This document shows, in pieces, positions 52,231 to 64,000 of a DNA stretch of 64,000 nucleotides; position 1 is the first letter of the stretch, and every line of letters begins with the position of its first letter. Source of the DNA: Heptranchias perlo. Taxonomy: Eukaryota. The DNA lies in the NCBI RefSeq assembly GCF_035084215.1, contig NC_090370.1, positions 4,712,001 through 4,776,000 of the forward strand, written 5' to 3'. Position numbers and translations under genes: made by a program. The notes under the pieces were generated by a model. The model did not search any database, was not told where the DNA came from, and was given only the letters and a program-made list of their open reading frames with translations.

Positions 52231-52500
52231 AAAGCTACCGATCTGTGCCAAATATATTTCAGAATTAAAGATAAAGGAATTTTTTTTTATAAGTACATGA
52301 GGATGCAGCCATCATGGGGCTTATCGCACAGAATTCCATTAACCACATGAGCAGAGTTTTTATTTTACATTTCTCTTGAAAAATGTTATTGATAGCTTGT
52401 ATCAAAACATTTGTGATGTAATGGCCACAGAGTTCCAGTGAAGGCATTCACAGATGAAAGTGCTGCCATATGTAATGGGCATTGAAAACCTTGATTTTAC

Positions 52501-52581
52501 CCAGTGATGCTCCCAGAATCCGGTGATTAGCGCTGGTCCGAGAGATCTTGCGGGGTTCAGGCTGCCTCCTGAAAACTTACC
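52501..52581 (-). CDS. aqp14: Aquaporin-14 exon 4 (81 nt)
   Basis: ctgtag|GKFSGGSLNPARSLGPALITGFWEHHW|gtaaaa; contains the second NPA. Confidence 0.93.
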
Positions 52582-53617
52582 CTACAGAAAATAAACAAAC
52601 ACAGAAATCAGTGAAACCTGCTGCTTTCCGTGGAGCTAAAGAGGCCATTTTACAAATGTTATGCTTCCATCATGGAGCTTCATTTGCTGCCAATGTGTAT
52701 CGGGAATTCAGACGCATGTTCCCCAGGATCGTCTGTCCATAATGGTCTTGGGGACTGCCTGCCTGAATCCCCGATATGCACTCTCGCTCTGCAAAGCTCC
52801 ATGGTGGGAGCACGAATTAGTAAAATTACCCGTTAAATTTGATCTGATTTTAGTGACTGAATAGGAAACACAGACCAATCCCAGCACTGCTCCCATACTT
52901 AAAGGCAAACAGAGTCTGCTGAATCACCTTGGGACCTTAAATATTATAAAGGAAAAAATATTTACATTTACTGGTGCTTTTCAATCATCCCTCTCTGTCC
53001 TATTTTGTGCTTTAGAACTGTTGGTTAAAGGTAGACATTTTTTGTAGATCTCCCCAGCACCAGAAGGACACCTGCAACCACACCACTGTGACATTTTTCA
53101 ATTCCTATACCAGCCCATTCTTGTGGCATCTCTGAGTGAGATTGCCAACTTAGGGACAATTTTGTGTTGTGGACCCATGTATACTCGGAACTGGATTGAG
53201 ATTCCCCAAACTGATTTCATGTTGGGCCCTTGTTGCTGAGCTAGGATTGAACTAGGTGAAAGGACAGTGCGCTAACCTCTTGCACCACACAGTCCCCCTG
53301 AACTCAGAATTATATCTCAAACCATATCACTATGTGCTCAATGTTGAATTGCCCTATGGATCCAAGGGACATTTACAGTTCAAAAGCCTGGAACTCATAG
53401 CTTATGTGCTGAACTTAGATAGGAGTTGGTCTCTAAAAGCACAAAACAATGGGACTTTCTTATTACTATTGCACTGAAAATTGGCCCAGTGTGTAGTGGG
53501 AATCCATTTCCCTCTGCCATTCACTGTGAAGGAAGCTTGTTTCTTTGATGTAGAGGAAGCTTTTTTGTGCCATGGCACAGTACCACTGGTTAAACAGCAG
53601 ACATTTGTGGTTCTTAC

Positions 53618-53782
53618 CGATGCCAGGATTCCTGCTGTCAGGCTGAAGGCTATTGCCAGACTGCCAGGTTCTCCCACTTCCCTACGTCGATGACCATCCA
53701 CAGCAAATATAGTGAAAACCAACTGGAATGTGGCAAAAGCCTCCATTGCAAGTGCTTGGCCAGCATTTCCATCTTTGTTGAT
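53618..53782 (-). CDS. aqp14: Aquaporin-14 exon 3 (165 nt)
   Basis: gagcag|INKDGNAGQALAMEAFATFQLVFTIFAVDGHRRREVGEPGSLAIAFSLTAGILAS|gtaaga. Confidence 0.93.
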
Positions 53783-53944
53783 CTGCTCGGAAACACATGA
53801 AATCATATAATATTGACACTCCCAGGATACATAGAGGAAACCATGTCTGCATAATGAGAGCAGAATTTCTAATTACTGATTGAGACTGTAATAAAATGCT
53901 TTGCATAGATCTTGTATGTTACACAATCATACAATCATGAACTG

Positions 53945-54640
53945 AGAGACCTAGGGGTTCAAATATATAATCCCCTGAAGGTGCGAGTGCAGGTAGGTAA
54001 AGCCATAAAAAGGCAAATAGCATTTTGGGTTTTACAAATAGGCCATAGAGTACAAGAGTAAAGAGGTAATGATAAATTTGTACAACGTATTGATTAGGCC
54101 ATAGTTAGGAGTACTGTGTGAGGTTTTGGGTGCCTCATAATAGAAAGGACATTAAAGCCTTAGGGAGTGTACAGTGTAGATTCACCAGGATGACGGCGGA
54201 GATGAGAGACAAAAGTTATGAGGAGAGTCTTGAGATACTAGGACTACTTCCACTGGAGCAGAGAAGGCCAAGAGGAGATTTATTAGACATTTTTAAAATT
54301 ATGAAGGGTTTTGATATAGTGAATAGGGAAAGATTATTTCCTCTGCTTGGGGAGTCAGTGACAAGTGGCCTACGATGTAAAATTGTCACTAAGACAGCGA
54401 AGAGAGAGGTTAGGAGAAATATCTTTATGCAGAGAGTTGTTGGGGCATAGAATGCTTTGCTACAGGGAGTAGTTGAGGCAGAGACCATTGGATCTCTTAA
54501 GGGAAAAATAGATACAATTTGAAACAGAAGGTGGTACTGGACAATGGGGAGAAAGTGGGGCAAGGGGATTATATTTCGATTTTTGTAGCCAAGAGGTGGC
54601 ACAGAAACAATGAGCCAAATGACCTTTCTGTGCTTCAAAC
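53945..54640 (+). mobile_element. CR1 LINE 3' fragment
   Basis: FWVPHNRKDIKALGSVQCRFTRM...RGDLLDIFKIMKGFD. Confidence 0.85.
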
Positions 54641-55899
54641 TTCCATAGTTTTAAAACAAAAGAAGTTCCAGCACAGATCCCTGGGGCACACAACTACCCA
54701 CATCTCAAATAATCTGAAAAACATTCATTTACCTCTACTCTTTCCTTTCACCCCGGATATCTATTGATTCATGTGGCTACAACTCCTTTAATGTCGTGAG
54801 GTGGATTTTCATCTTCACCGCCTGGGTGGTAATCTGGAGGGGTGGATTGCCTGCCCTTTATAGAGCCCGCCATGTGTCTTAATTTTTGTAATAAGTCTCT
54901 TATGTGGTACCTTATTAAATGCTCTCTGAAAATCCATATGTACAACATCCACTACATTCCCTTGATCTATACACTCTTAAGTTCCTGTTACTCGGGTGCT
55001 CTCACAGCTCAAGTGGCTCTCAGTAGTTTACCGCTTCATATTCCACTTAAAGCGTAGCTAAGTGCCAGAGTTTAATCAGCTGTAACTATGCAGTTAACAA
55101 TTAACACCTAACTGTCAGTCACTCAGTCCCAAGTTCAGCACTTTTTTACAGGTTTAGACCAGTTGCTAGTTTCTGTGAATCAACAACTGAAAGTTAATCA
55201 ATATCTACCGCTGAACTCCTGTTCAAAACCAAACTCTGTCATTAAGTCAAACTCACTCTATTGCTCCTCACTCGGGTAAATTATTGTTAAGAGAATTTTT
55301 AAGTGGTTGTTTAGTTGAAGTTTGGGGGCTTATTTTCAGGGGGGTTTCTCTGGAGCATGTCTGCTCTTATTGCTGTTGGCAAGCTTAAATGTGCAGCATA
55401 AGTGTTAGTGAGGGCAGCAAATCAGAACGATTGACACTGCCATTTTCTTATTTAGAGGTTACAAATTATAGCATAGAGGAGGGTGGATGGGAGGTAGTGT
55501 CACAGGAAACTTTAATTTAAAGGAAGTAAAGAGGAGTGGGGGGAGGGGGATAAGTAGAGAAAGCACAGCAGGAAGAAGAGTTAATTGAAGTAAAGGGGAG
55601 TTTAGGGCTGAGGGGGAATGAGTAGAGAAAGCACTGGGAGGAAGTTCAATGGAAGGAAATGAAAGGAGACAGCGGGAATGAGTGGAAAAAGCAAAGAGGA
55701 AGAAAGTTTAAAGGGAAGAAAGTAATGGAAATGGTAGGAGGGCAGCTGGGAGTGAGACAGGGAGTGGAATGAGGATGGAGTTGTGTGATGATGTAGTGGG
55801 CCTGGCTGGTGGAATCTGTTTCGTGCCTCCACGTTGATTTCTTTTCAGTTTGTTTTTACCTGACATTTCTCTCCAACCCAATCCCTCCCCACCCCCGAA

Positions 55900-57010
55900 C
55901 ACTTGTATAAAACGGGCACTGGGAGATCTGCAAGCTGTTCGTTGAAGATCTCCACCACTAAAGCCAGGTTGCCATATTATTGAGATTCATATTCTGACTG
56001 CTGTTTCTGACTTGAGTAACTGAACTTTGTGCATTGGGAGATTTTTTTCCCCTCTGCTGCTTGCTGCTGTTTCCCTTCAGAGCACACCAGTTCATCCCTG
56101 CAGCTGCAAGCAGCATTGACCATGGCCTTTCCACTGGACGTGTTAATGGCAGTGTTGGAATTGGAGGAGGACAAGGAATACCTGAGGAGGGAGGAGAAGC
56201 AGGTGCATTGCCTAAGCAGACACCTGACACCCCCCACAGACAGCCCAGGAATCACATCATATGACCCAGGGACAACTACTTGCACATATTGGAAGAGGTT
56301 ACCTGCAACTCAGCAGCGATGCAGTCAGCAGGTTGTGCTGTCTACTGGAACATGACTGGGGCAACACATTTTTCCACTTTGCCAATGGAAAGGAGGGAAC
56401 AACTGGAGAAGGTCCAGCACTTCCATCAGGTGGCTGAATTCCCAAGAGCGCACAGCGTCATTGATGGTACCCACGTTGCTATCAGGATGCCAGACAACAA
56501 CTCCATGGCATACAGGAATAGAAGAGGATTTCATTCAATCTACGTGCAGGTGGTCTTAGACCGCCATAAGTGAGGGTGACTGCAAGATACCCTGGCAGCA
56601 GCCATTACACTTTCACCTTGTGATTGTCAACAGTGACACAACTGTTTGATGGGGGCCAGCCTAGCTGCCCTGGCTATTATCAGTCTAGAACCTCCACACT
56701 GGCACCAAAAGAAAATATAGTGAGACTCGTGCCTCCACCTGAATTCTCATAGGATATGTCATCGGGATGCTGAAGCAGTGCTTCTGATGTCTGGACATAT
56801 CAGGTGAGGCCTTACTCTGAGAAAGTTGCAAAAATCATTTGAGTCTGCTGTGTTCTGCACAACTTTGCTATGAGAAGGGGGAAACTCATGCAGCCAGAGG
56901 GGCTGCAAAGTGAGCCTGCACCCTTGCCTGATTAGAAGGAAGAAGAAGAGGAGGAGGAAAGAGAAGTGGCCCTGGTTCATGCATGACCAGGCAGACTGGT
57001 GCAACAAGAA
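55900..57010 (+). mobile_element. PIF/Harbinger transposase remnant
   Basis: AEFPRAHSVIDGTHVAIRMP...YRNRRGFHSIYVQVV followed by an ARYPGSSH-like motif (HARBI1-type DDE); disrupted. Confidence 0.8.
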
Positions 57011-57507
57011 CTGACTGACCAGACTTTTAGTCGAAAGTAGCCTTGCAGCCCCTACAAAAGCAGTCCTTCTGGCCGCTCTGTTCTCCACACCCCCCACACC
57101 ATTATGCTGGGTCAAATCCCCACTGCCTTCACTACAATACTTACACTAAATGTGTTTTCTTCTTCCTGGTGCCAGTGCCCAATTTGGCTGAAAACAAGTT
57201 CCAATGGCAATTTTGTCAGCCAATCAAAAGTCCAAAGATTAAAGCAAGGCTGTATCATAGACATTACTAGGTCAATATTTGATACATCTTTACTCATCAG
57301 ACAAAGAAGGGCTGACAACAGATGAATGAACTGGATCAATTACATAGATGGGTTGAAATATGGCAGATGGATTTTAATATGGATATAGATGTAGGGTAAT
57401 GCATAGAGGAACCGCTAACAATAAATGTACATAATGTGAAAGGGTCTAATGGTCTAGCATGGTAGCTATCAGAGGACCTGAGACCATGACTTTTAATGCA
57501 GTTTACA

Positions 57508-57800
57508 AGGGTACAGTAGTACAGTGGTTATGGCACTAGACCACCTAACCCAGAGTTTGAGAGTTCAAATCCTACTGTGGTAAGTTGTGAATTGAATAAA
57601 TCTGGTAATTTGTGGGTAAATGACTATGACAGCTGCCAGATTGTTGTAAAAATCCATGTGGTTCACAAATGTCTTTCAGGGAAGGTCTGGCTTGCATGTG
57701 ACTGTAGTCCACAAGACATGGTTGACTCTTAATACCCTCTGAAGTGGCCTAGCAAGCTCACCATCATCTCAGGGCAAATAGGGATAGGCATTAAATGCAG
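57508..57800 (+). mobile_element. tRNA-derived SINE (third family)
   Basis: Head with A/B-box-like motifs (tagtacagtggtta, gagttcaaatcc), then tggttcacaaatgtctttcagggaagg. Confidence 0.65.
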
Positions 57801-57961
57801 CCACCTCCCAAAAACAAATTAAAAAAGCATTTTGTCTGCAATATCCCCGGTGAAACAATTTTTTTTTGTTTTGTTTGGGCTCCATTTTGGGAAAAATGCA
57901 TCTCTATTGTAAATCAACAGGGAAAATATTATGATAAATGCAGTAACATAAATGGACTCAC

Positions 57962-58318
57962 CATGTTAACTAAATGCCTTGATGTTGACTTGATCGGCAG
58001 TGACATGTAGATTATTCCTGATCCAATCACAGCTCCAAGACACTGAGCCAAAAGATAGGACACAAACTGGAGAAAATCTAGTTTCCTGGTGCACAAGAAT
58101 GCGAGTGTGACAGCCGGGTTCACCTGGGCACCACTAATCTCTCCAAAACAGTGAATCAGGCCGACAGCAGAAAACCCAGCAGCTACAGCCACCTGCATCA
58201 GCACTGGAACTCCATCTTCCTGTCCAGGGGCAGAGGCACCCAAGATAACTGAGACCAAGACCATGGAACCAACCAGCTCTGCTAAGACTGAACGCCAGAA
58301 CCTGCGACTCCTCAATTC
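57962..58318 (-). CDS. aqp14: Aquaporin-14 exon 2 (357 nt)
   Basis: cttag|ELRSRRFWRSVLAELVGS...CFGEISGAQVNPAVTLAFLCTRKL...RHLVNM|gtgagt. The GEISGAQVNPA motif is characteristic of Aqp14. Confidence 0.93.
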
Positions 58319-60693
58319 CTAAGACGAAGAAAGACAGTGTCACCGTGGAAATTCTTTTCTCTTTTAGATGTTATTTCCTTGCAAACTGATCTTCATTTAG
58401 CCAAAGGGTGAAATAATCTGCTGTGTGCACTTTTCCACAGCTATTCTCAACACTCATCCCATTGACTTCCACTGTTACTGCTATCACTACTTAGATAACC
58501 TTCATCCCAAAAACCTAAACTCTGTTATTACCAGTGGCTTCATACTTCCTCACAAGGATGATTTAGACTCCTGAATGAGGACTCAGGCCTTCCTCACAAA
58601 AATACTTTACATATCTCAGGTAAAGCCTGCAGGTTTTTCTACAAGAACTCAGCACAGATCCTAGATCCCCATATGAATGTTCCATAGACGCCATTAGATG
58701 TCCCACTTGCCCTAGTGGACAAATCCTGCAATTCCATAGCCCTGAGACTGATGTCAATTCCCGGCTTCCTGTAAAGACCTTCCTGCCTGAACATTTCATG
58801 TTTTTAATCAGTACACTGCTGACGCTATCTTGCAAAATAAGTGAAATCCCGGGATAGTTGGCATTTTAGTTAAAAAATGGTTTAAAGATGCCAGACACGA
58901 GCTTACAGGAAAGCATTTCAATTCTGGTCTTTTACAATCCAACATTGTGGTTTGGTTCTCTGCTCACCCCAATGAGTTTAGATGCTTATGCAATTCACAT
59001 CAGCCAGTGATGTTCTGTTTCTCTCTTTTTCTTTTCCTCTTTCTCTGTCACTCTGTCTTTCTCTCCCTCTCTCTAGCCTAAATTTTGCAAGTCAGTGGCG
59101 ATGCGACTTGCCCACCACGTCAGCAGACACTTGCGGGTATGCTGTCTGTGATTTATCGTCACGTCACCAAAGCATATCGGAATGTTTGTGGGGTATAGAT
59201 TCGGGAGTCTGCTTTACACTCTGCCAGAGTTTGTTTTCCATTAGTCAAGGGACAAGAAAATTGGGCGGAGTATAAGACAGGCAGCCAATTCGCTATCATC
59301 CGTTTTGCGCTATCGCTCGAGATGGATTTATACTCTTGTCTCTACTTGCCTTTAACTTTGTTCTCTTCATTGCACTCTTGTTCTGTCTATCTTTCTCGAT
59401 AGACTTTCTCTCCATCTTTCTATTTCTCTCTCTCTCTCTATATATACCTCCCATTTCTTTCTAGCTACAGTACAAACATCATGAAAGGTAACATCATTAC
59501 ACATGTATCAGAGGGCCATTTTTCAGGAGACATACATAGATTGATTAGACAGCTTTTATACCCACTTTAAGCACTATACAGGGAAATAACAGATTCTCCA
59601 TTGTCAACACAGACTTTCAAGTTCTCAAACACTGTCCCCATGCTGAGATGGGAATTCAGTTTATGTAACTTACATTGCATACAGATTACACCTATGATTA
59701 AATTCCCTTCCATCAGCTCAGCAGCGACGATGGGGCCGAGCATAAACAATAAAATGAAACCTCCCAAGCTATCCTACAGGAGCTTCATACCATCTGTACA
59801 TTACACTTATGGCTTTTGTACAGGAAATGTGCACCATTTATGCCACTTCTACATCCACCCGAGAACTTGAAAATGAATACCACCCCCTCCATCACCAAAA
59901 TATTTCATCCAGCAATTAAGTATCAGCTTTGCTATGCTGGACATATCATTTAATCAATTTACAGCATCTGCGTACAGGAGAGAACACTGCATATAACAGC
60001 CATACAATACCAAATAAAATTGAGTCGTTTTACACAGTATACACAGTACAAATGGATGAGATATGCAGTATATTAATCTTATATAAAAACTCATAAACAG
60101 GTATGTATGAATTGTTAACCGTTAAATTTATGTGCACCATATTCATTTAGACATCTATCACGTCTGTCAATCCTTTTCAGTTTTGCCTGCCTCTGAGTTG
60201 TTTGTTTATATCCATTTATTCAATAGCCTGGTATTTATCCTCTTCATTTATAGTCATTTATATAAGGTTCATCCATTGTCTTTTTGTTTATCTATTCCTC
60301 CACGCAATGATACATGTCTTGCTACCCCTCTCACCTGCATACCCATCTCCCTGTATTTATTCATCATTTTGTCTTTCAAGCTAGTGTCTAATTTATGTTG
60401 TCTTTTGATTCACCTATTCATGTCTCTCTATTACCCACTATCCATCTATTTTCCCCCTTTATCTGCCACTCTAAGACAAATCTCTGGATAGTTCAAAAAT
60501 ACAAGTTTAAAGCCATAATCGGCAGAAAAATGGGGAGCACTTCAAACCACTTGTTAAGCACGTTTGAACGAGATCATTTAGCATCCTACGATGAACAAAC
60601 TACAATCGCAAACAAATTGCCTTCAAATTGATAATATTCCCAGATTGATCGGGGGGGGGGGGGGGGGGGGGAAGATTAAACCCCTTTCCTTAC

Positions 60694-60708
60694 CTCTCGG
60701 AAGGACAT
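60694..60708 (-). CDS. aqp14: Aquaporin-14 exon 1, coding part (15 nt, MSFRE)
   Basis: ATG TCC TTC CGA GAG|gtaagg; phase 0 joins exon 2 to give MSFREELRSRRFW. Exon 2 has no ATG of its own at the N-terminus. Confidence 0.8.
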
Positions 60709-60999
60709 GCTGACTGCCAAGGGGAGATGCTTCTGTTGGCTGATCTCACTCCAGAATATTTTTCTGAGCTGTATCTTTCAACAGAACCACAAGGGACCCC
60801 CAAAGAGCTCAAGAGTAGGAAACAGAAACCAACTGGCAGACCTATCACTCTCAAAAGAAACAAATTAATCAATTTAATTCTGCAACCTACCAACCTCCTC
60901 CGCCCCCCCCCCCCCCTCATACTGCTTTAATCTGAAGAGGATAGAACAGATTGCAGGATACAGTCAGTTAGATCAGCTCAACATTGGTGTAGCAGAAAC

Positions 61000-61005
61000 T
61001 TTATA
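61000..61005 (-). promoter_or_regulatory. Candidate TATA box of aqp14
   Basis: TATAAA on the - strand ~290 bp upstream of the ATG; positional evidence only. Confidence 0.3.
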
Positions 61006-61541
61006 CAGAGAGTACACAATAGCTTTGACAACATTTCTTATAATTATCAGTATATTACAGAACTAGGTGAGAAACAAAATGTAATGACATAAGTCCTGGT
61101 TCACAAATCTACTGTTAGAAACTCAAAAAGGACCAGACTGGCAAAACTTCCTTCTTATCCCTTCGCTCTCCCATTGAACAGAGCTTTTTACATCTTTCCT
61201 CTTCCCACCAAAAAGATGTCACAATCTAGAGTTCCGGCACTGTGTGCATCAACTCACATTCATGCCATCTCATCAATGCCACTTCCAAACCTTGCCAAGA
61301 ACAGTATCTGTACATACAACAACTTTAGTAATCTGTACATACAACAACTTTAGTACTACCATCATTTACAACCTTACCACTGTGTTTCCCCTTGGTGCAG
61401 GATGATGCTCGACCTAATCTGGTGCCCCTCCTAGACGTTACCTGAGTGCCAGGAGTGTATGAAGTAGCTGGCTACTGCATTCCAATAAGAAGCACCCTGG
61501 TCATCCAATGGGGCTGGCAGGAGGACACACATATGCTGTTA

Positions 61542-61772
61542 TCTTAAGAGACAGCAGCATCATGTGAGCAAATTCCTGCTGTGCCACTAGTACTGGCCCC
61601 TGGTTCTGCATAGCCACTAATCTGTAGGAAAGCAGACCTAATGATACCAATCAGATGAGTGCAGCCCTAGGAGATACTTATCCATATCCCATCCTCATAC
61701 ACTTGGAGAACCAGGGGCCAGTACTAGTGGCACAGCAGGAATTTGCTCACATGATGCTGCTGTCTCTTAAGA
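61542..61772. repeat. Perfect 66-bp inverted repeat with a 99-bp spacer
   Basis: 61542-61607 is the exact reverse complement of 61707-61772. Confidence 0.95.
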
Positions 61773-61834
61773 CAGTACTCTGCAATCTAGCTCATAAAGC
61801 TTCTATGGCAGAAGTCTGTGCAACATGGCAGAAG

Positions 61835-62245
61835 CGAAAGAAAGAACTTACATTTATATAGCACCTCAGGACATCTCAAAGTACTTCACAGCCAATCAAT
61901 TACTTTGGAAGTGCATTACTGTTGTTATGTAGGTAAACTTGGCAGTCAATTTTGTACACAGCAAGGTCCCAAAAACAGCAATGAGATATTAGTCTGTTTT
62001 GGTAGTGTTGGTTGAAGGATAAATGTTAGCCAGGACATCAGGAGAACTCCCCTGCTCTTCTTCAGATAGTGGCCATGGGATCTTTTACGTCCTGAGAGGG
62101 CAGACAGGGCCTCGGTTTAACATCTTATCCGAAAGACAACACTCCCATAGTACTGCGCTGGAGTGTCTGCCAAGATTACGAGCTCAAGTCCTGGAGTGGA
62201 GTTTGACTCCGAGGTGAGAGTGCTACCCACTGAGCTAAGGCTGAG
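61835..62245 (-). mobile_element. Deu-type SINE, near full length
   Basis: Same organisation as 42755-43182. Confidence 0.8.
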
Positions 62246-62299
62246 GGAGTAGAGTTCCTGAGTGACCAAGAAATGCAGGTGTAATGATCCCTGGAGTGC

Positions 62300-62860
62300 T
62301 TTGGTCAAACCCGTCACTACCCCGGGACCTGTGGCTCTAGACCCTTCCACATGTAGCTAGACATGCTAGAAGATGTCTTTTCCGCCTCCATTTCACAACA
62401 CAGGCTGTCACAGTGTTGTGTAATCTGCTGTATGATGACAGCGACAGCTCGTCCCATAGAAGTGAAGGTTTCCACAGCATGAAGCTTTCATCCTATCACA
62501 TCCATCCAAGCCACCCCAGGAGACAGCTGCCACATCAGGCAGTCTGCTATACACATCTGTATCAAGGAATTGACAACTACTATGTTTGCAAGGGGCAACT
62601 CCGTCATCAATTTTCCTTGTGGAAAGGAGGCATCAGCTGGACAGGATGGCAGGGTCCCCTCGAGTGCAAAGAGTCACACTTGGTACTCGTGGGTATTAGG
62701 GTGCTTCATGTCAGCCCCCAGAGTTTTCATGAAGAAGAAGGGTTTGTTCGGATGGTATCTGCCCACAGAAACATCAATTTGCACATTTGTGGTTGTTATC
62801 CAGGAAGCAGCCATGATATCTTTATTGTGTGGCATTCCATGGTGCCTGCATTACAAGATT
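62300..62860 (+). mobile_element. PIF/Harbinger transposase remnant
   Basis: HICGCYPGSSHDIFIVWHSMVPAL matches the Harbinger YPGSxHD motif; frameshifted. Confidence 0.6.
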
Positions 62861-64000
62861 TTGTGTTCCGCAGCCAAATGTGCTACAAGTTCTTTGGGCA
62901 AGCCTTTCCTATACCTGTAGTTTATTCAAAATAGGAGGTATGCCTTAGATTGCAAAGTTTGGTGTGAGCTGCCTGCTCCCTCCTCCCAGCCACAGATGCA
63001 TGCAGTCCCAATTTTGCTGTGATTACAAAATCAGAGCTAAGACGTTTATGGTACCGGCAATACTTTGAAAGTGAAACTTAAAGCCACAGAGATCACTCAT
63101 TCCCCAAGCTCCTCAGTTCAAGGAGGCTGAGTGAGTTGTGGATTAGATGAGAGCCCTTGAACAGGGAAAATTATGCTAAAATGTAGATTTAAAGATAAAT
63201 ATTGAACTGATGCACTATTTTCTTCAACTAAAAGCAAGCAATAAGCAGCCATCGCCTCCTTTGAAGTACACAAATACATGATCAGTGTTTGATCTGCCCT
63301 GTGCTGAAATCACATGGTTCTACTGAAATACAACAAAGCTTGCAACTTTAATTTTTCTTCCCTCTTGTGCTGGGCTCTGGTCCAAAACCTCACCCAAGCA
63401 GATATTCTTCATGTGTTAGCCTAGTCAGTCAAGGTCAGCAGACTATTTGACCATAAAAGATATCACAGTTAAGCCCAATCCTGTCCTCACGCAACATCGA
63501 CGTATGCGATATATGCAGTAAGCTGCAGTACTGCAAGGGTTCGATTCCTGGGCCTTGCTACATTTACCTAGATATTAAGTGGGTAAAGGCACACTTTGGT
63601 TTGTAGGGGATGTGAATGACCGGTGACACTGAACCGAAGGACCCAGAAACCTAACGCTCACAGGTTAGCCATGTAGTTTGACACTACATTTCAACAAATC
63701 TAAGGCAATTCAAATGTTTTTTTAACCATCTTTTGTTGCCAATTTAAATGAGATTGCTAGTAACACTTCACTTCAAATCTCTTTTCGCCTAAACTATGTC
63801 TTGTTATTCCTAAATACAAGATAGCTGATCTCATAAAGGTTCCTGATTATTATCGAGTAATAACTCTTTATTCAGCTTTACAAACAAATTTCACATAACA
63901 ATTCTGGCCCTGGCTAGAACTACGTGTGTACTCACCTGTCCCTAACCATAGTGATCATATGGTCATTAATCTAACCCTGTCCTGATTTCTAATTTGTACT

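Noticed and set aside
51957-52350. Repetitive ORFs (LLRFAFLHFC, KAKRSKQKCR, etc.)
   Set aside because: Products of the stop-free 30-bp tandem repeat.
56280-56573. Domesticated harbi1 gene
   Set aside because: Short, with stops and frameshifts and no exon structure; it is a transposon relic.

Overview
Eukaryotic, AT-rich vertebrate genomic DNA, most likely from a cartilaginous fish. That assignment is inferred from the repeat complement (CR1, L2, Deu-type SINEs, Penelope) and from the protein sequences. Three intact protein-coding genes are present. zc3h10 is on the + strand with a single coding exon (8662-9867, 401 aa). mip/aqp0 is on the - strand with 4 exons (31776->21675, 263-264 aa). aqp14 is on the - strand with 5 exons including a 15-nt first coding exon (60708->49527, 278 aa), in tandem with aqp0. 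A CpG-enriched region at ~1.1-2.05 kb looks like a bidirectional promoter: it drives zc3h10 rightwards and an unidentified spliced transcript leftwards. The most unusual structure is that the two divergent 5' ends are diverged inverted copies of each other. Other highlights: Aqp0 has an AQP1/AQP2-type pore (F23, T149, C181, no loop-A His); aqp0 intron 1 holds a 13-copy minisatellite grown from inside a Deu-SINE; a CR1 is nested in reverse inside another CR1 just upstream of aqp0; and a perfect 66-bp inverted repeat lies upstream of aqp14. The rest is decayed transposable elements, and their boundaries are approximate by-eye calls. No prokaryotic-type systems, CRISPR arrays, tRNA or rRNA genes were found.
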